Below, piece by piece: positions 30,222 through 43,879 of a stretch of 64,000 bases of DNA (the stretch's first letter is position 1; every line of letters starts with the position of its first letter). Made by a program: the position numbers and the translations under genes. The notes beneath the pieces were generated by a model that made no database searches, had not been told where the DNA came from, and saw only the letters and a list, made by a program, of their open reading frames with translations. The stretch spans positions 2,368,001 to 2,432,000 of the forward strand of contig CAVYGB010000008.1 in the NCBI GenBank assembly GCA_963767925.1. Direction: 5' to 3'. This DNA is from an uncultured delta proteobacterium (GTDB lineage Bacteria > Myxococcota_A > Polyangia > Fen-1088).

Positions 30222-31688
30222 CTAGGCGGCGCCGTTGCCGCCGAGGTTGGGCACCACGAAGCCCTTGCGGTCGTTCCGCTTGAGCTGCTTGTTGGCGTCC
30301 TTGTCGTTCACGAACTGCTCGCTCTTGCCGTCCCACTTGAGCTCGCGACCCACCCGGTAGGAGATGTTCGCGATGAGGGGCAACACGCTCGACTTGTAGC
30401 CCTCCTCGATGTCGCAGGTGAGCATCTCCTGCTTGCCGGCCTTCACCGCGTCGATGAAGTTGCCGTAGTGGCCGCCGGTGCCGGTGCCCACCTGGTTGCG
30501 GGCGTCCGACTCCTCTTCCTTGATGTTCTTGGAGTCGGTGATGACCTCGTCCTTGTCGCTGAAGGCGGTCCAGTTGCCGCCGTCGTCGATCTCGAGGCGG
30601 CCCTTCTCCCCGTAGAACACGTCGCCGATCATGATGCCGGCGCCGCCGCGGCGGGCGTGCATGCCCTCGGCGTTGGTCGGGAGGCCCCGGGTCCCGAACT
30701 CGAGGATGGTCCCGTCGGCGTATTCGAAGATCGAGGTCTGCTCGTTCGGCGTCTCCTGCTGCGAGTCGCCGTAGAGGTACAGGCCGCCGAAGGAGCGCAC
30801 CTTGACCGGGTGGTCATCGCGCTTGAGGCCCCAGCGGGCCACGTCGAACTGGTGGGGGCCCTGGTTGGCGGTGTCGCCGCCGCCGTACTCCCACTGCCAG
30901 TGCCAGTTGTAGTGGAAGCGGTTCGGGTTGAACGGCTTCTTGGCGGCCGGCCCGATCCAGTTGTCGTAGTGCACCTTCTCCAGGTACGACGCCGTGAAGC
31001 CGTCCATGCTCTGGCCGCCGGGGGCGGCGGTGGTGAACTTGGCGGCGGTCATCGGGCCGTCGGGGTAGCGGCCGATGTTGCCCCGGCGCTTGTAACAGAG
31101 GCCACGCGCCCGGTAGACCTTGCCGAGCCCACCTTCGTGCAAGAACTTCATGGCGGCCATGGTGTTCTTGCGCGAGCGGTTCTGGAACCCGGTCTGGATC
31201 AGCACCTTGTGCTTGCGGGCGGCGTTGACCATCTGCCGGCCTTCCCAGACGGTGTGGCAGGCGGGCTTCTCGACGTAGACGTGTTTGCCGGCCTGGGCCG
31301 CCCAGATCGTGGCCAGCGCGTGCCAGTGGTTCGGGGTGGCGATGGTGACGGCGTGGATGTCCTTGTCGTCGAGCACCCGGCGCATGTCCCAGACCGTGTC
31401 GGGCTTGTACTTGTGGTCCTTCTCGACCCGGGCGGCGTTGCGGGCCGAGATGTTCTCGTCGATGTCACAGAGGGTCTTGAGGTGGACGCCAGCGATCCGG
31501 GGGAACGAGCCGACGTGCGAGCCACCCTGGCCGCGCATGCCGATGACCGCCAGGTTCACGCGGTCGTTGGCGCCGAGCACCTTGCCGGAGGGGTACCAGA
31601 ACATCGCGCTCGCGGTCGCCATTCCGGCGCCCTTCAAAATCTGTCGCCTGCTTGGGTTGCTGCTGGCCTTGGTCATTGTCCCCCCCAT
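30222..31688 (-). CDS. Tat-exported Gfo/Idh/MocA oxidoreductase
   Basis: SRRQILK Tat motif, ANDRVNLAVIG, IATPNHWH, GKHVYVEKP, NQGPHQFD. Confidence 0.93.
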   Translation of the reverse strand: MGGTMTKASSNPSRRQILKGAGMATASAMFWYPSGKVLGANDRVNLAVIGMRGQGGSHVGSFPRIAGVHLKTLCDIDENISARNAARVEKDHKYKPDTVWDMRRVLDDKDIHAVTIATPNHWHALATIWAAQAGKHVYVEKPACHTVWEGRQMVNAARKHKVLIQTGFQNRSRKNTMAAMKFLHEGGLGKVYRARGLCYKRRGNIGRYPDGPMTAAKFTTAAPGGQSMDGFTASYLEKVHYDNWIGPAAKKPFNPNRFHYNWHWQWEYGGGDTANQGPHQFDVARWGLKRDDHPVKVRSFGGLYLYGDSQQETPNEQTSIFEYADGTILEFGTRGLPTNAEGMHARRGGAGIMIGDVFYGEKGRLEIDDGGNWTAFSDKDEVITDSKNIKEEESDARNQVGTGTGGHYGNFIDAVKAGKQEMLTCDIEEGYKSSVLPLIANISYRVGRELKWDGKSEQFVNDKDANKQLKRNDRKGFVVPNLGGNGAA

Positions 31689-31920
31689 TTGAGGTGTCTC
31701 ATGGTCGGTGGCGCCGGGCGTCCTTGCCCGCGGTGCTGCGCAGGTTAATCCGCGTGTGCCGGCGGGTAAACCCCGAGCACCGCGCAGGGGTGCTTTTTAC
31801 CCCTAAATCGCTGACAACGTTGCCGCGAGCGCGCCGCACGCGCGCCGCGGTAGCATCGTTCGGCGAGACCCCCCGCAGGGCCCGGCGCCGCGCTGGCCGC
31901 CGCCGGCAGAGCCCGGGCGT

Positions 31921-32226
31921 CTAGTCGAGCTCGGGGCGCAGCTCGGCCTCGACGGAGACGGCCTGGCCCTCTTCCGCTGAGATCTCGGCGTAGTGGGTGA
32001 AGAACCCCGCCTGCCGGATCTCGACCCGGCGAAAACCCGGCCCCAGGGGCTGCCCGCTCGACCATTCCGCCACACGCCCGGCGTACGCGTCATCTATCCA
32101 CAAGTTCGCGTCCGGGACGTTGCAGCGGATGCGCAGGATGGCCGGGCGCGGGCCAGTCATGGCGCAGCCAGCGGCCAGCCCCAGCCCCAACGTCAGCGCG
32201 ACGCCGACCGCCAGCCTCCGGGTCAC
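31921..32226 (-). CDS. PEGA-domain lipoprotein
   Basis: LAAGC lipobox; CNVPDANLWIDDAYAG, PGFRRVEIRQAGF. Confidence 0.75.
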   Translation of the reverse strand: MTRRLAVGVALTLGLGLAAGCAMTGPRPAILRIRCNVPDANLWIDDAYAGRVAEWSSGQPLGPGFRRVEIRQAGFFTHYAEISAEEGQAVSVEAELRPELD

Positions 32227-33416
32227 GGCAGCGTCCCTCCCGGCAGAGCCGGCCCGCCCGGGTTCGGGGGGCCGGTCGTCACGGCGACAAGCCGCACCTG
32301 GGCCGCCAGGCGATCGCCCACCTCCTGGCCGGTCCGGGTCACGGTGGCCACCGCCGCCAGCTCGCGGGTGAGCGCGCCGATCAGGGCCGCCGGCGCCAGG
32401 CGGCTGCGCACGTGGATCTCGACCCGCCCGACGACGACCCGCCGCACCTCGGCCGCGGCCGGGCCGGCTACCTTGCGCAGGGACCGCAGGACCGGTGAAA
32501 TGACCGCCGGCTCGTTGATGTCGAGGTCGAGCATCACGACCCGCAGATCGCCACCGCCCGCCGCCGACCCCAGATCGGGCAGCAACGCCGGCAGGACCTC
32601 CCGCGCCGCCCGGGCAAAGCAGCTCGCCTGGGCCTCCCGCTCACCCGCGGCGAAGGCCCGGCCGCCGGCCGCCCGCTCCGACCCGCGGGTGCTGCCGTCG
32701 GCGGCCACCAGGCGGACCGACAGGTGACACTCGACCGAATGCTCGGAGGTGCCACGCACCAGCCCTTCGCTGGCCGCGCGCCCGGTGACGAGCACGGCGA
32801 TCCCCCGCCCGGAACGGGCCGCCAGCGCGCGCACGCCGGCCTCATCGGTGGGAGCTGCGGGCTGATACTGGGCCCGCACCCCCTCGCCGCCCAGCGCGGT
32901 GGCCAGCGCCGCGGGCGCCTCGGGCGATCCCGCGCCCACCACGGGCACGACACCGGGGGTGACGCCCCGGTTGGCGGTGCCGCGGGCCTTGTCGAACTCA
33001 CGCCGCATGTAGGCCGCGTCCAGCTCGGCCGAGACCCGCACCCGGAAGTTCCCCTCCAGCTCGCCCTGCTCGAGCACGCGGTAGCCTCGCACGAGCCGCT
33101 TGGGGCGCGCGATCCAGGCCGCCCGCAGGGAAGCCAGCGCGGGGGAGACCGCGCCCGCCCCGGTCTCGCCGACGAGGTCGCTGAAGGCCTGCTCGACGAG
33201 CTGGCGAAAGGCGTCGTCGAGGGCGCGCTCCCGGGCGCTGGCGACGTTGCCCGCGGCCACCGCCGCCTGACCCACCACCCCCTCGAGCGGGAGGGCGCCG
33301 GGGACAGTCGGCGGCAGCGCCGGGGCCCCGGGCGGCGTCACCGGCGCTGGCTGCGCGGAGGCCGCGCCCGCCAGGGCCAGCGGAGCGAGCGCGAGCAGCG
33401 CGGATCGGATCGACAT
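32223..33416 (-). CDS. Secreted hypothetical protein
   Basis: Signal peptide; GQAAVAAGNVASARERALDDAFRQLVEQA resembles FlgT-N/LPP20-like domains. Confidence 0.65.
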   Translation of the reverse strand: MSIRSALLALAPLALAGAASAQPAPVTPPGAPALPPTVPGALPLEGVVGQAAVAAGNVASARERALDDAFRQLVEQAFSDLVGETGAGAVSPALASLRAAWIARPKRLVRGYRVLEQGELEGNFRVRVSAELDAAYMRREFDKARGTANRGVTPGVVPVVGAGSPEAPAALATALGGEGVRAQYQPAAPTDEAGVRALAARSGRGIAVLVTGRAASEGLVRGTSEHSVECHLSVRLVAADGSTRGSERAAGGRAFAAGEREAQASCFARAAREVLPALLPDLGSAAGGGDLRVVMLDLDINEPAVISPVLRSLRKVAGPAAAEVRRVVVGRVEIHVRSRLAPAALIGALTRELAAVATVTRTGQEVGDRLAAQVRLVAVTTGPPNPGGPALPGGTLP

Positions 33417-33460
33417 CGTGAAGCTGAGGCTAACGTATGCGGGCAGCGGCGGCGAGCCCG

Positions 33461-34618
33461 TCACCCGAACCGGGAGACGGAAAACGGAGCCAGATCGAGG
33501 CTGCTGGTGCCACGGGTCACCAGCTCGGCGATCACCTGGGCCGTGATCGGCGTCAGCAGGATGCCGTAGCGGTGGTGGCCGGTCGCCACCAGCAGCCCCT
33601 CGACCGCGGTACGCCCGATGACCGGGAGGGCGTCGGGGGTCAGGGGGCGGAAGTTGGACCAGGTCTCGGTGATCGGCGCTTCACCGAGATCGGGGACCAG
33701 CGTACGAGCGAGGGTGAGGATGTCGCACAACCCGGCGACCGTGACCTCCTTGCGAAAGCCGACCATCTCCAGGGTGCTGCCGGCCAGCGCGACGCCGTCG
33801 GCCCGGGGCACGAGGTAGCCCCGGCCGTGGGCCACCAGCACGTGGCGAAACAGCGGGGGCCGGGTCTCGATGGCCACCATCTGGCCGCGGGCCGGCCGCA
33901 CCACCGGGGCGGGCACGCCGCCCGCCTCGACCAGCGACGACCAGCTCCCCGCGCACAGGACCACCACCTTGGCCGGCAGGCGCTCGCCGTCGAGCTCGAC
34001 CCCGCAGGCCCGGCCGTCCTCGACCAGCACCCGGCGGACGTAGCGGCCCTGCAGGAACCGCGCGCCCACCCGGGCCGCCGCCTGCGACAGCGCGCGGGCC
34101 AGCGCGCGGGCGTGCACGTGGCCCTCGCCGGGATATCGCAGCCCCCCGCGCACGCCCGGTCCCAGGTGGGGCTCGAGCTTGCGCAGCTCCTCGGGCGACA
34201 GGAGCTCGGCGCCGAGGCCCCGCGCCCGCTGCCAGGTCGTGCGCGCGGACAGCGCGGCCTCGTCCGACTCGGTGAGGGCCAGCTCGATGAGCCCCGAGCG
34301 GGTGTGCCCGATGTCGATCCCCGAGAGGTCGTGCAGCTCGGCGGCGAAGGCGGGATAGAGGGCGCGGCTCTTCAGCCCGAGCTCGAGCAGGGGGCCCGGC
34401 CCCTCGGACTCCCACTGCGGGCCCAGGATGCCGGCGGCGGCGCTGGAGGCCTCGGCCCCCGGGATGCCGCGCTCGATGACGGTGACGGCGGCGCCATTCT
34501 GGGCCAGGCGGAGGGCCACGGCGCAGCCCATGACCCCGGCGCCTATCACCGCAACGTCCACAGCGGCGTCCGGGGCGTGGGCGGCCCGGGTCGGCGGGCT
34601 GCTGGGGAGATTCGACAT
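33461..34618 (-). CDS. thiO: Glycine oxidase ThiO-like FAD oxidoreductase
   Basis: VIGAGVMG, ASSAAAGIL, RPARGQM, GHHRYGILLTPITA. Confidence 0.85.
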   Translation of the reverse strand: MSNLPSSPPTRAAHAPDAAVDVAVIGAGVMGCAVALRLAQNGAAVTVIERGIPGAEASSAAAGILGPQWESEGPGPLLELGLKSRALYPAFAAELHDLSGIDIGHTRSGLIELALTESDEAALSARTTWQRARGLGAELLSPEELRKLEPHLGPGVRGGLRYPGEGHVHARALARALSQAAARVGARFLQGRYVRRVLVEDGRACGVELDGERLPAKVVVLCAGSWSSLVEAGGVPAPVVRPARGQMVAIETRPPLFRHVLVAHGRGYLVPRADGVALAGSTLEMVGFRKEVTVAGLCDILTLARTLVPDLGEAPITETWSNFRPLTPDALPVIGRTAVEGLLVATGHHRYGILLTPITAQVIAELVTRGTSSLDLAPFSVSRFG

Positions 34619-34671
34619 GGCCGGGGAGCATATGCGCTCCCGGGCGAGGCCGCGTATCATTGGCGCGGCAG

Positions 34672-35746
34672 ATGACCGCGCGTTTCATCCTGGCCCTGCT
34701 CCTGGCGGCCCTCCCCGCCTGCCGTCAGCCCGATCCGCCGGCGCCCCCACCGCCGCCGGACGCCGCGGCCCGGGCTGCCGAGCCGCCGCCCCGGGTGATC
34801 GTCGTGCAGCGCAAGTGCATGGGCACGCTGTGCGAGATCAAGGCGTTTCACCACGACGACGCCCTCGTGCAGCGGGCGGTGGCCGCCGGCCTGGACGAGA
34901 TGGACCGGATCGAGAAGCTCACGACGAGCTGGACCGACACCTCCGACGTGGCCCACGTGAACCAGGCCGCCGGGAAGGAGGCGGTGGTGGTCGCGCCCGA
35001 CACCCTGGCGGTGGTGAAGAAGGGGCTGTGGGCCGGCGCGCTCAGCCGGGGCGCCTTCGACATCACGGTCGGCGTCTACAAGGGGCTGTGGAAGTTCGAC
35101 GAGGACAACGACGACACGATCCCCGATCCGGCCGAGGTGCGCCGCCGGCGCAAGCTGATCGACTACCGCGACGTCCTCGTCGACGAGGGCGCCGGCACCG
35201 TCAAGCTGCGGCGAGCCGGACAGCGCCTGAACCTGGAGGGCCTGGCCAAGGGGTACGGGGTGGACGCCGCCGTGCGGGCCATGCGCGCGGCGGGGCTGCG
35301 CGACTTCATCTTCCACGCGGGGGGCGATCTGTTCGCCTCGGGCCGCAAGGGGGACCGGGACTGGCGGGTCGGCATCCAGGACCCGCGCGCGCCGCGCGGG
35401 CGGATCATCTTCGAGCTGCCGCTGTCGGACAAGGCCTTCAACACCTCGGGCGACTACGAGCGGTTCGTGTTCAAGGACGGCGTCCGCTACCACCACATCC
35501 TCGACGCCCGCACCGGCTTTCCCGCGCGCGGCTGCCGCTCGGTCACCCTGCTGGCCGATGACGCCTTCACCGCCGACACCCTCGACACCGCTGGTCTTCG
35601 CGGTGGGGCCCAAGCTCGGCATGAAGATCATCGAGGACCAGCCGGGCGTCGAGGGGGTGATCGTCGACGCCGACAACCAGGTCCACGTCTCCTCGGGCCT
35701 GCAGGGGAAGATCGTCCGGCGCGGCGATCCCACCCCCGGTCCCTGA
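34672..35746 (+). CDS. apbE: FAD:protein FMN transferase ApbE lipoprotein (frameshift near 35595)
   Basis: CMGT, GAFDITVG, LAKGYGVD, TSGDYERF, YHHILDARTG. Confidence 0.9.
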
Positions 35747-35799
35747 CGCCGCGGCCGCCCCCCTGCCCTGCCCGCCCCGCCCTGCCCCGGGCGCGCCCG

Positions 35800-37681
35800 T
35801 CACTCGCAGATGACGACGCGGATCTTGTCGGGCAGCTCCGACACGAGCCGCTTGAGCACGCTGCCCTGGAGGAAGTGCCAGACCGAGCCCCGGTGGGTGG
35901 TGCCGATGAACACGGCGTTGACCGCCAGCTCCTCGGCCGCCTCGGCGATCGAGGCGCCCGCGTCGTGGGCCAGCCGCCACATCGGGACCGCGTCCATGCC
36001 CGCCGCCCGCACGTCGTTGACCGCCGTGCGGAGGACCCGCAGGGCCTCCGGGCTGGGACCCCGGCGCGGCGGAAACAGAAACCCCGGGATCTCGTCGACG
36101 AAGATCAGATAGATCGAGGTGTCGCCCACCCCCTGGGCCCGGCGGGCGGCCTCCCGGCACAGGGGCGGGTTGGCGTTTCGCAACGCCACCAGCGTTGTCG
36201 AGGGATACGACTGCCTGAGGGCGACGGTCTCGTCCAGGGTCAATACCTCGACCGCCGTGCTCAGCTCCGCGGCCGAGGCCTCGGCCGACGCCGCCGACAG
36301 GAAGCCGAACCGCCCCGAGCGGATCCAGCCCCGGTGGGTGATGTAGGCGACGAGCAGCAGGGCCCCGCTGGTCAGGGCGCCGTAGAGCGTCGCCTGCCAC
36401 TTGGTGAACCAGCTCGTCACCCAGGGCACCGCTACCGTGAGGCTGACCAGCACCCCCAGCACGAACTTGATGCCGAGGCCACGCTCGCGCAGGCGCAAGA
36501 CGTCGAGGCTGACCGAGGTGATGACGTACGAGCCGAGCAGCCCGAAGGCGAAGAGCTGGGCCAGCAGGTCGGGCTCGCCTCCGGTCCCCAGGACCAGCAG
36601 GATCGCGCCGGCGGTGATCACGATGACCGCGCCCCGGGGCGGCTGCCCCAGGGATCTGCGCCCGCCCCACCGCCGCCGGAAGGTAGCCGTGCTGTCCGAT
36701 GGCCTGGAAGACGTTGTAACAGCCGATGAAGGCCAGCTTGGCCGCCAGCAACAGCAGGATGGCGCCGGTCAGGACCACCGCCAGGCGCATCTCCGGCCCC
36801 CCGTAGCGCATGGCCACCTCGGCCAGCAGGGCGCTGTGGGGGTCGATCTTGCCGGCGGTGACCGCCTCGACCGCCACCGCGGTGAACACGGGCACGGTGA
36901 CCAGCACGCTGCCCACCAGCAGCGCGCTGGCGGTGCGGATGACCTTGCGCCGGGGCTCGCGCACCGCCGGGGCGAGCTGGCCCAGCGACTCCAGGCCCGA
37001 ATAGGCCAGCCAGGCGCTGGCAAAGCCGGTGAACATCTCGGTCCAGCCGAACATGCGCAGGCGGCCCACGTCGCGGAGCAGCTCCGACCAGGCGGCCGGC
37101 GGCAGCGCCTGCACGACCGTCCAGAACAGCCAGGCGTGCACCGCCACCGCCGCCAGGGCGACGACCAGCGCCATGCGCGCCACCAGGCGGGGCCCGCTCC
37201 AGCTCAACGAGCCCACCAGCAGGATCGCCACCACCGACGAGACGAGGCCCCGATCGGGCCAGAACGGATTGACCGTGGCCAGGTAGCGCATGGCCGTGAC
37301 CGTGCTGATGGCGATGGTGAGCAGGTAGGCGCTGACCATGAGCGCCCCCGAGAGCACGCCCACCCGCGGGCCGAAGGCCTCGACCGCCGCCGAGACGCCG
37401 CCGCCTCCGGCCGGATAGCGGTGCGCCACCTCGAGGTGCTCGAGCGCGACGAGGACGAAGGCGACGGTGGTGGCGAGGACGAAGGCCGCCGCTACCCCGC
37501 CCACCTGCCGGTACAGGATTCCTGGCACGTAATAGACCGACGTGCCGAGATCGGCGAACACGACCGCCCAGGCCAGCCAGGGTCCGAGGCTCCCGACGCC
37601 CTTGCCCCGCACCTCTCTGGCGTCGGTGAGATCGATTGCAACGGCGGAACGACCGGGGGCTCCGCGCGCGTCGGTGGGCAT
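35800..37681 (-). CDS. APC-family permease fused to a C-terminal universal-stress-protein domain (frameshift near 36650)
   Basis: VVFADLGTSVYYVPG, YPAGGGG, AYSGLES; C-terminal IAEAAEELAVNAVFIGTTHRG..LQGSV. Confidence 0.85.
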
Positions 37682-37830
37682 GGGGCGCCTAAAATGCCCC
37701 AGGTAGCCGGCTGCAGCAACCCGGCGCCGGAACCGCGAGGCAGACGGCGCCTTTCCGACGGATGGATGGCAGGACCTGACCGGTTGGGGGTAGCGCCCGG
37801 CGGTGGTCCATGTTAGCGACGGAGGCGACC

Positions 37831-39844
<2,014 letters not shown>

Positions 39845-39861
39845 CTCCCCGGACGCCGGGG

Positions 39862-40755
39862 TCAGGCGCGGATCTGCGCGCGCTCGACCTCGGCGAAGCG
39901 ATCGCTGCCGGCATCGTGGGCGTAGGTGACGGCAGCGATGCGCGGCCCCTCGATCTCGTAGACGTTGTAGCGGCTGCGCCGGTTGCTGGCCGCCGCCGTA
40001 GGAGGCCGAGCCGGCCCCCACCACCGGGATGGCGCCGCCGTCGGGCCCGGTGAGGATGGCCCGCTCGTCGCGGTGGTCGTGCCCGTGGATCACGAGGTCG
40101 GCGCCGGCGCGGGCCAGCACCGCGGCGAACCCGGCCCGGTCGCGCAGGTTGCGGCTCTCGGGCGGGCGGTGAAGGACCGGCGGGTGGTGCAGCAGGACCA
40201 CCCGCACCCGCTCCTTGACCCGGGGGGCGAGCAGGAGGGCCTCCAGGCGCGTCGAGCTGCTCGGCGCCGATCTCGCCCCAGGCCCCCAGGTCGCCGGTGG
40301 GGACGCAGGAGTTCACCGCCACGAGCGCCACGCCCTCGCGCAGGCGGGCGAAGGGGTAACGCCCGGGGCCCGGCCGCAGCTCCGCGCTCTGGTAGGGGGC
40401 GAACATCCGCTCGAAGGCGCCCGCCTCCACCACGTCGGTCACGTAGGCGTCGTGGTTGCCGGGAATGACGGTGACCCGGTCGTCGGGCGTCCCCAGGGTG
40501 GTCGAGCCAGGCCCGGGCCTCCTGCCACTCCGACTCGAGGCCCACGTTGCCGAGGTCCCCGGTCAGCGCCAGGTGGTCCACCTTTCGCGCCCGCAGGTCG
40601 TCGCACAGGCGGTCGAGCAGCTCCATCTTGTGCTTGCGCCGGCGGTTGACCAGCAGGTTCAGCAGGCCGATGGCGCGCTTGTTGAAGAACTGGCCGGGGC
40701 GGGCCCCGGCCAGCGAGCGGAAGTGGGGGTCGGTCACGTGGGCGAGCCGGAACAT
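39862..40755 (-). CDS. Metallophosphoesterase, Icc/CpdA-like (frameshifted)
   Basis: AHVTDPH, LTGDL, PGNHD, LLHHPP, HGHDH. Confidence 0.85.
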
Positions 40756-40771
40756 GGCACGTCTCCTTGGG

Positions 40772-41599
40772 TCAGCGGGCGGCGGGGGGGCCGTCCCCAT
40801 CGGGCGCGATCTGCACCTCGGCCAGCACCCCGAAGTGGTCGGAGGCCCAGACCCCGGCGGCGCTGGGGCGATCGAAGACGATCTGGCAATCGAGGACCCG
40901 GCCGCGGCCGTCCCGGCGTTCGGGCGTGACGAAGACGTAGTCGAGCCGGCGATCGGACTGCAGGAAGGCGAGCTGGTTGGTGTAAGGGTTGGTCCGGGCC
41001 CAGGTCCAGCCCGGCTCACCGGGGTGGCAGCGCGCCCAGGCGTCCTGGTAGAGCACCCGCCGCCCTCCCAGCCCGGTCAGGCCGGTCATCCAGCGGATCT
41101 CGTCGGACTCGGGGCGGGCGTTGAAGTCGCCGAGCAGGATCTGGGGCTCGCCGCTGCGCGCGCCAATCGCCGCGTCGATCGCGCCGAGCTGGTCCTCGCG
41201 CTGGCGGCCGTGGGCCAGGCGGTAGTTGAGGTGGCTGTTGTGCACCCAGAGCTCGCCCGCGCCGATGCGCAGGGCCGCCGAGAGCAACACCCGGCGCTCC
41301 TGCTCCGAGGCGTGGGGAAGCTCGATGGAGGTCTGGGTGGCGATGGGGTGGCGCGACAGGAAGGCCAGCCCCTCGTGGCCGCCCCGGAAGGCGATCGCGG
41401 CGGCGAAGGCGACCGAGAGGCCCGTCCGCTCGGCCAGGGTGGCCGCCGTGTTGGGCAGGCCGGGCCATTCGCACACCTCCTGCAGGGCCACCAGGTCGGG
41501 CCGGAGGGTCTCGATGCCCTGCTGCACCAGGGCCAGGCGATCGGCCAGGGGCCCCTCGCCCCCCCACAGGTTCAGGGTCAGGCAGCGCAGGCTCTTCAT
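40772..41599 (-). CDS. Endonuclease/exonuclease/phosphatase family protein
   Basis: TLNLW, DLVALQEV, LGDFNA, RLDYVF, SDHFGV. Confidence 0.92.
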   Translation of the reverse strand: MKSLRCLTLNLWGGEGPLADRLALVQQGIETLRPDLVALQEVCEWPGLPNTAATLAERTGLSVAFAAAIAFRGGHEGLAFLSRHPIATQTSIELPHASEQERRVLLSAALRIGAGELWVHNSHLNYRLAHGRQREDQLGAIDAAIGARSGEPQILLGDFNARPESDEIRWMTGLTGLGGRRVLYQDAWARCHPGEPGWTWARTNPYTNQLAFLQSDRRLDYVFVTPERRDGRGRVLDCQIVFDRPSAAGVWASDHFGVLAEVQIAPDGDGPPAAR

Positions 41600-41618
41600 G
41601 GCGCGTGCACCACCCCCC

Positions 41619-41981
41619 TTAGTCGCCCCGGTAGATGCAGCAGGCGTCCGAGGTCTCCCACACGGTGACCGCGCAGAGCTGGGGCACGGTTTGGCTGATC
41701 CGGGCCCAGATGTAGGCGGCCAGGTTCTCGCAGGTGGAATTTTCCAGCCCGGGGACTTCGTTCAAGGTGTGGTGGTCCACCTGCTGGAAGATGTCGACCC
41801 AGGCGTCGTCGATCACGGCAAAGTCGATCAACCAGCCGGTCCCCGGATCGACCGGCCCGCGGATCGCCAGCTCCACCCGATAGCTGTGGCCGTGCATCCG
41901 GGCGCATTTGTGTCCGGGCGGAACGCGAGGCAAAAAATGCGCGGCCTCGAACCGGTATTCCTTCTTCAGCTCCACCTGCAT
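41619..41981 (-). CDS. queD: 6-carboxy-tetrahydropterin synthase
   Basis: FEAAH, CARMHGHSY, DHHTLNEVPGLENSTCENLA, VWET. Confidence 0.93.
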   Translation of the reverse strand: MQVELKKEYRFEAAHFLPRVPPGHKCARMHGHSYRVELAIRGPVDPGTGWLIDFAVIDDAWVDIFQQVDHHTLNEVPGLENSTCENLAAYIWARISQTVPQLCAVTVWETSDACCIYRGD

Positions 41982-42180
41982 CGTCGGTGACCAGGATTGA
42001 AGCACGCCCACTGCCGCTGCGCACGATATGCCCGCCGGGAGGCAGGGGCGACCTGCCCACCGGATGCGTCAGGACGCGGGAACTCCTGGCCGCGCGGGCC
42101 GGACAAAGTGAAGGTGTCCGGGAAGGTTGGCCGAGGTCACTCGTTCATCCGGCGGGTTCATGGCGAAGGTCAGCAGGCTG

Positions 42181-43879
42181 ATGGCGCACGCCAGCGACGA
42201 GAACGACCCCGAGAACCGGTTTGGAGCCGGGGGCGGGGCCGTGGCGGGTGAGCGGCAGCCGGGCCGGCAGGCCGACCCGCTCCTCGGGCGCATCATCGGG
42301 ACCAACTTCCGGGTGCTCAAGCTGATCGGCATGGGCGCCATGGGCCACGTCTACCAGGCCGAGCAGATGTCGCTCGGCAAGATGGTCGCCCTCAAGCTCC
42401 TGCGTAGCGAGCTGATGGGCGACGAGCGGCTGCTGAAGCGCTTCGAGCTCGAGGCGCGCAATGCCTCGCGCCTGTCTCACCCCAACTCGATCCAGATCAT
42501 CGACTTCGGGCGCGATCAGGACCTGCTCTACATCGCGATGGAGCTGCTGCAGGGGGTGGACCTGGGCCAGCTCATCCTGCGGGAAGGCCCGCTGTCGCTG
42601 CCCCGGGTCGGTCGGATCATGGATCAGGTGCTGGGCGCGCTCGACGAGGCGCACGCGCAGGGGATCGTCCACCGCGACCTCAAGCCCAGCAACATCATGC
42701 TGGCATCGCGACGGGGCGATCCGGATTTCGTGAAGGTGTGCGACTTCGGCATCGCCAAGGCCCAGACCTCGCGCGAGGGGGCAGGGTCTGACCCTCAAGG
42801 GGCTCGTCTGCGGCACCCCCGAATACATGAGCCCCGAGCAGGCCCGCGGCGACGAGGTGGACGGGCGCTCCGACCTCTACGCCGCCGGGGTCATCCTCTA
42901 CCAGCTCGTCACCGGGGACCTCCCCTTCACCGCCTCGTCACCGGTCGGCATCCTCAGCAAGCACCTGTCCGAGCCACCCGAGCCGCCCAGCCTGCGCAAG
43001 CCCGGCCTGGATCTGCCCGCCACGCTCGAGGGGATCATCCTGCAGGCGCTGGCCAAGGAGCCGGGCGACCGCCCCCAGACCGCCGACGAGCTGCGCGGGC
43101 AGCTCCGGGCCGTCCTCGCCGACCTGCCCGAACACGCCAGCGGCTCGATGCCGGCGGTGGCCCTCTGGACACCGCTCGACCGGGGCGTCGTCCCCGGGCA
43201 GCCGACCACCCCGATGGCCATCCGCCAGACCGGGCTCGGGCGCGGCCGGATCGACGTGGGCCCGGTCCCGTCGATGATGGCCTCGGCGGCCACCACCACC
43301 GCGGTGGTGCGCAGTCCGGGCCGCTACCTCTGGTCGAGCCTGGGCCTGGCCGCCGCGTTGGCGACGGCCTGGCTGGTGCTGTGGCCCGCGGCGCCCCGTC
43401 CCCGCGCGCCCGCTCCCAGCAGCCCCCCGGCCGCCGTCGTGCCGGCATCCGGGCGCGCCCCCATCCCGACGGCCCCCGATCCGGTGGTCCTCGGCGGCCC
43501 GCCCTCGGCCAATCCCCCCGCGGCCGAGCGGCCGCCCCGCCCCGATCGTCCCCGCCGGGTGCACGTGAACCGGCGCGTTCGTCGCGCGCCCCTGGCGGCC
43601 GCCGTCCCCGCGGCGCCGGTTGTCGCGCCGGCGCCACCCGCCGGGAACACGCTCATCGAAGCCGAGCGCCTGCTGGCGCAAGGGGAGGTGGTGAGCGCCT
43701 GCGAAAAAGGAGAAGCTCACCGCCTCATGCACCCCCAGGAACCCCGGGTCCACCGTTTCCTCGGCCGCTGCTACATGCGCGCCGGTCAACCCGAACGGGC
43801 GCGGGCGAGCTTCCGGCGTTACCTCGAGCTGGCCCCCGAGGCCTCCGACGCCGCGTTCATCAAGAGCATCGTGAAATGA
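42181..43879 (+). CDS. Membrane Ser/Thr protein kinase with C-terminal TPR (frameshift near 42790)
   Basis: IGMGAMGHVY, VALK, HRDLKPSN, DFGIAK, YMSPEQ, TM segment, Pro linker, TPR (FLGRCY..ARASFRRYLELAP). Confidence 0.92.

Noticed and set aside
41619..41981. queD as part of a deazaguanine DNA-modification system with the island radical SAMs
   Set aside because: More than 20 kb away in backbone context; no dpdA, queC or folE seen, and the radical SAMs do not look like QueE
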